A DNA stretch of 64,000 bases from Nemertoderma westbladi. Taxonomy: Eukaryota; Animalia; Xenacoelomorpha. The notes below the pieces were generated by a model. It was not told the origin of the DNA, did not search any database, and was given only the letters and a program-made list of their open reading frames with translations. The DNA lies in NCBI GenBank assembly GCA_032718475.1, contig JAUCBJ010003882.1:3344-67343 (forward strand), written 5' to 3'. Numbering within the stretch: position 1 is the first letter of the stretch; every line of letters starts with the position of its first letter. This document shows, piece after piece, positions 63,391 through 64,000 of this stretch. The translations under genes and the position numbers were made by a program.

Positions 63391-64000
63391 TTGTGTCATT
63401 GAATTACAACACTATATTCTGGGGCATGGCAGCGTGGTGTTGGTGCAGTCTCACAGTGGTGTAGTGATTGATTGATTTATTTATTTATTTTCCCAAATAA
63501 TACATAATTATAACAAATACATTACAGCATTCCTACATAATTCACAATAAAATGGGCAGGATAGCAGGAAGACTGCTTAGTAGCATAGTGCTAGTTAGCG
63601 CAGTATCCTGTTAGGTACCGGAATATATAATACATAAATTGGGTAGGCCTAGATATATCTTACGATAATGTGCAAGCAACTACAGGGGTTACATACATGT
63701 AGGATCCCAGCACCCAATCCACCAGTGCACCCAGTTCTGCAGTTCCCCTATCATTGGTCAGTTGGTCAATCGACCCCCTGTCAGGTTGTTGCTACGTAGA
63801 CCTCCTTACGATCCCTCTGTTATAAATGTTAAAAAAATTGTTATTTTTACTTTTTATTTATTTTTATTTTTTATTTTTATAGATCGCTGCTCTCGATCTC
63901 CGATGACATTAGTTTTAATTTCATATTTTTTATAAACATTTTCCTACTTTTGAAGTAGTGTTGACTTAGTAGTGGAGTACCGGTTCTACTGGAGTAGGCA

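Overview
AT-rich animal (probably marine invertebrate) nuclear DNA with spliceosomal introns; not prokaryotic. Hand splicing reveals a minus-strand Artemis (DCLRE1C, metallo-beta-lactamase/beta-CASP nuclease) gene that the ORF track almost entirely misses. Seven phase-consistent catalytic-core exons lie at 50932..36063, a probable 2-kb terminal exon lies at 4735..2679, and the first coding exon was not found. The predicted 31-kb last intron holds a 7-exon plus-strand LRR-Ig-FN3-TM receptor gene (one GC-AG intron; ITIM/ITAM-like tail), a 1-kb (CAAA)n tract, an 8.3-kb 43-bp tandem array, and a full-length RTE-type LINE inside a hAT element. It also holds the most striking object in the window: an intronless 1031-aa secreted protein. 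This protein joins repeats resembling bacterial adhesin Ig/cadherin-like domains to a Trp/Pro-rich loop, a metazoan TSP1 repeat and a vitellogenin-type C-terminal cystine knot. Also present are a 6.4-kb 30-bp minisatellite carrying GTAAGT in nearly every unit on the Artemis sense strand, a family of non-autonomous elements bounded by TGT, Sola1-, Harbinger-, hAT- and pogo-like elements, tRNA-derived SINE heads, and an AMPK gamma gene whose CBS-coding region has no introns. All family assignments come from motif recognition by eye; no searches were run.
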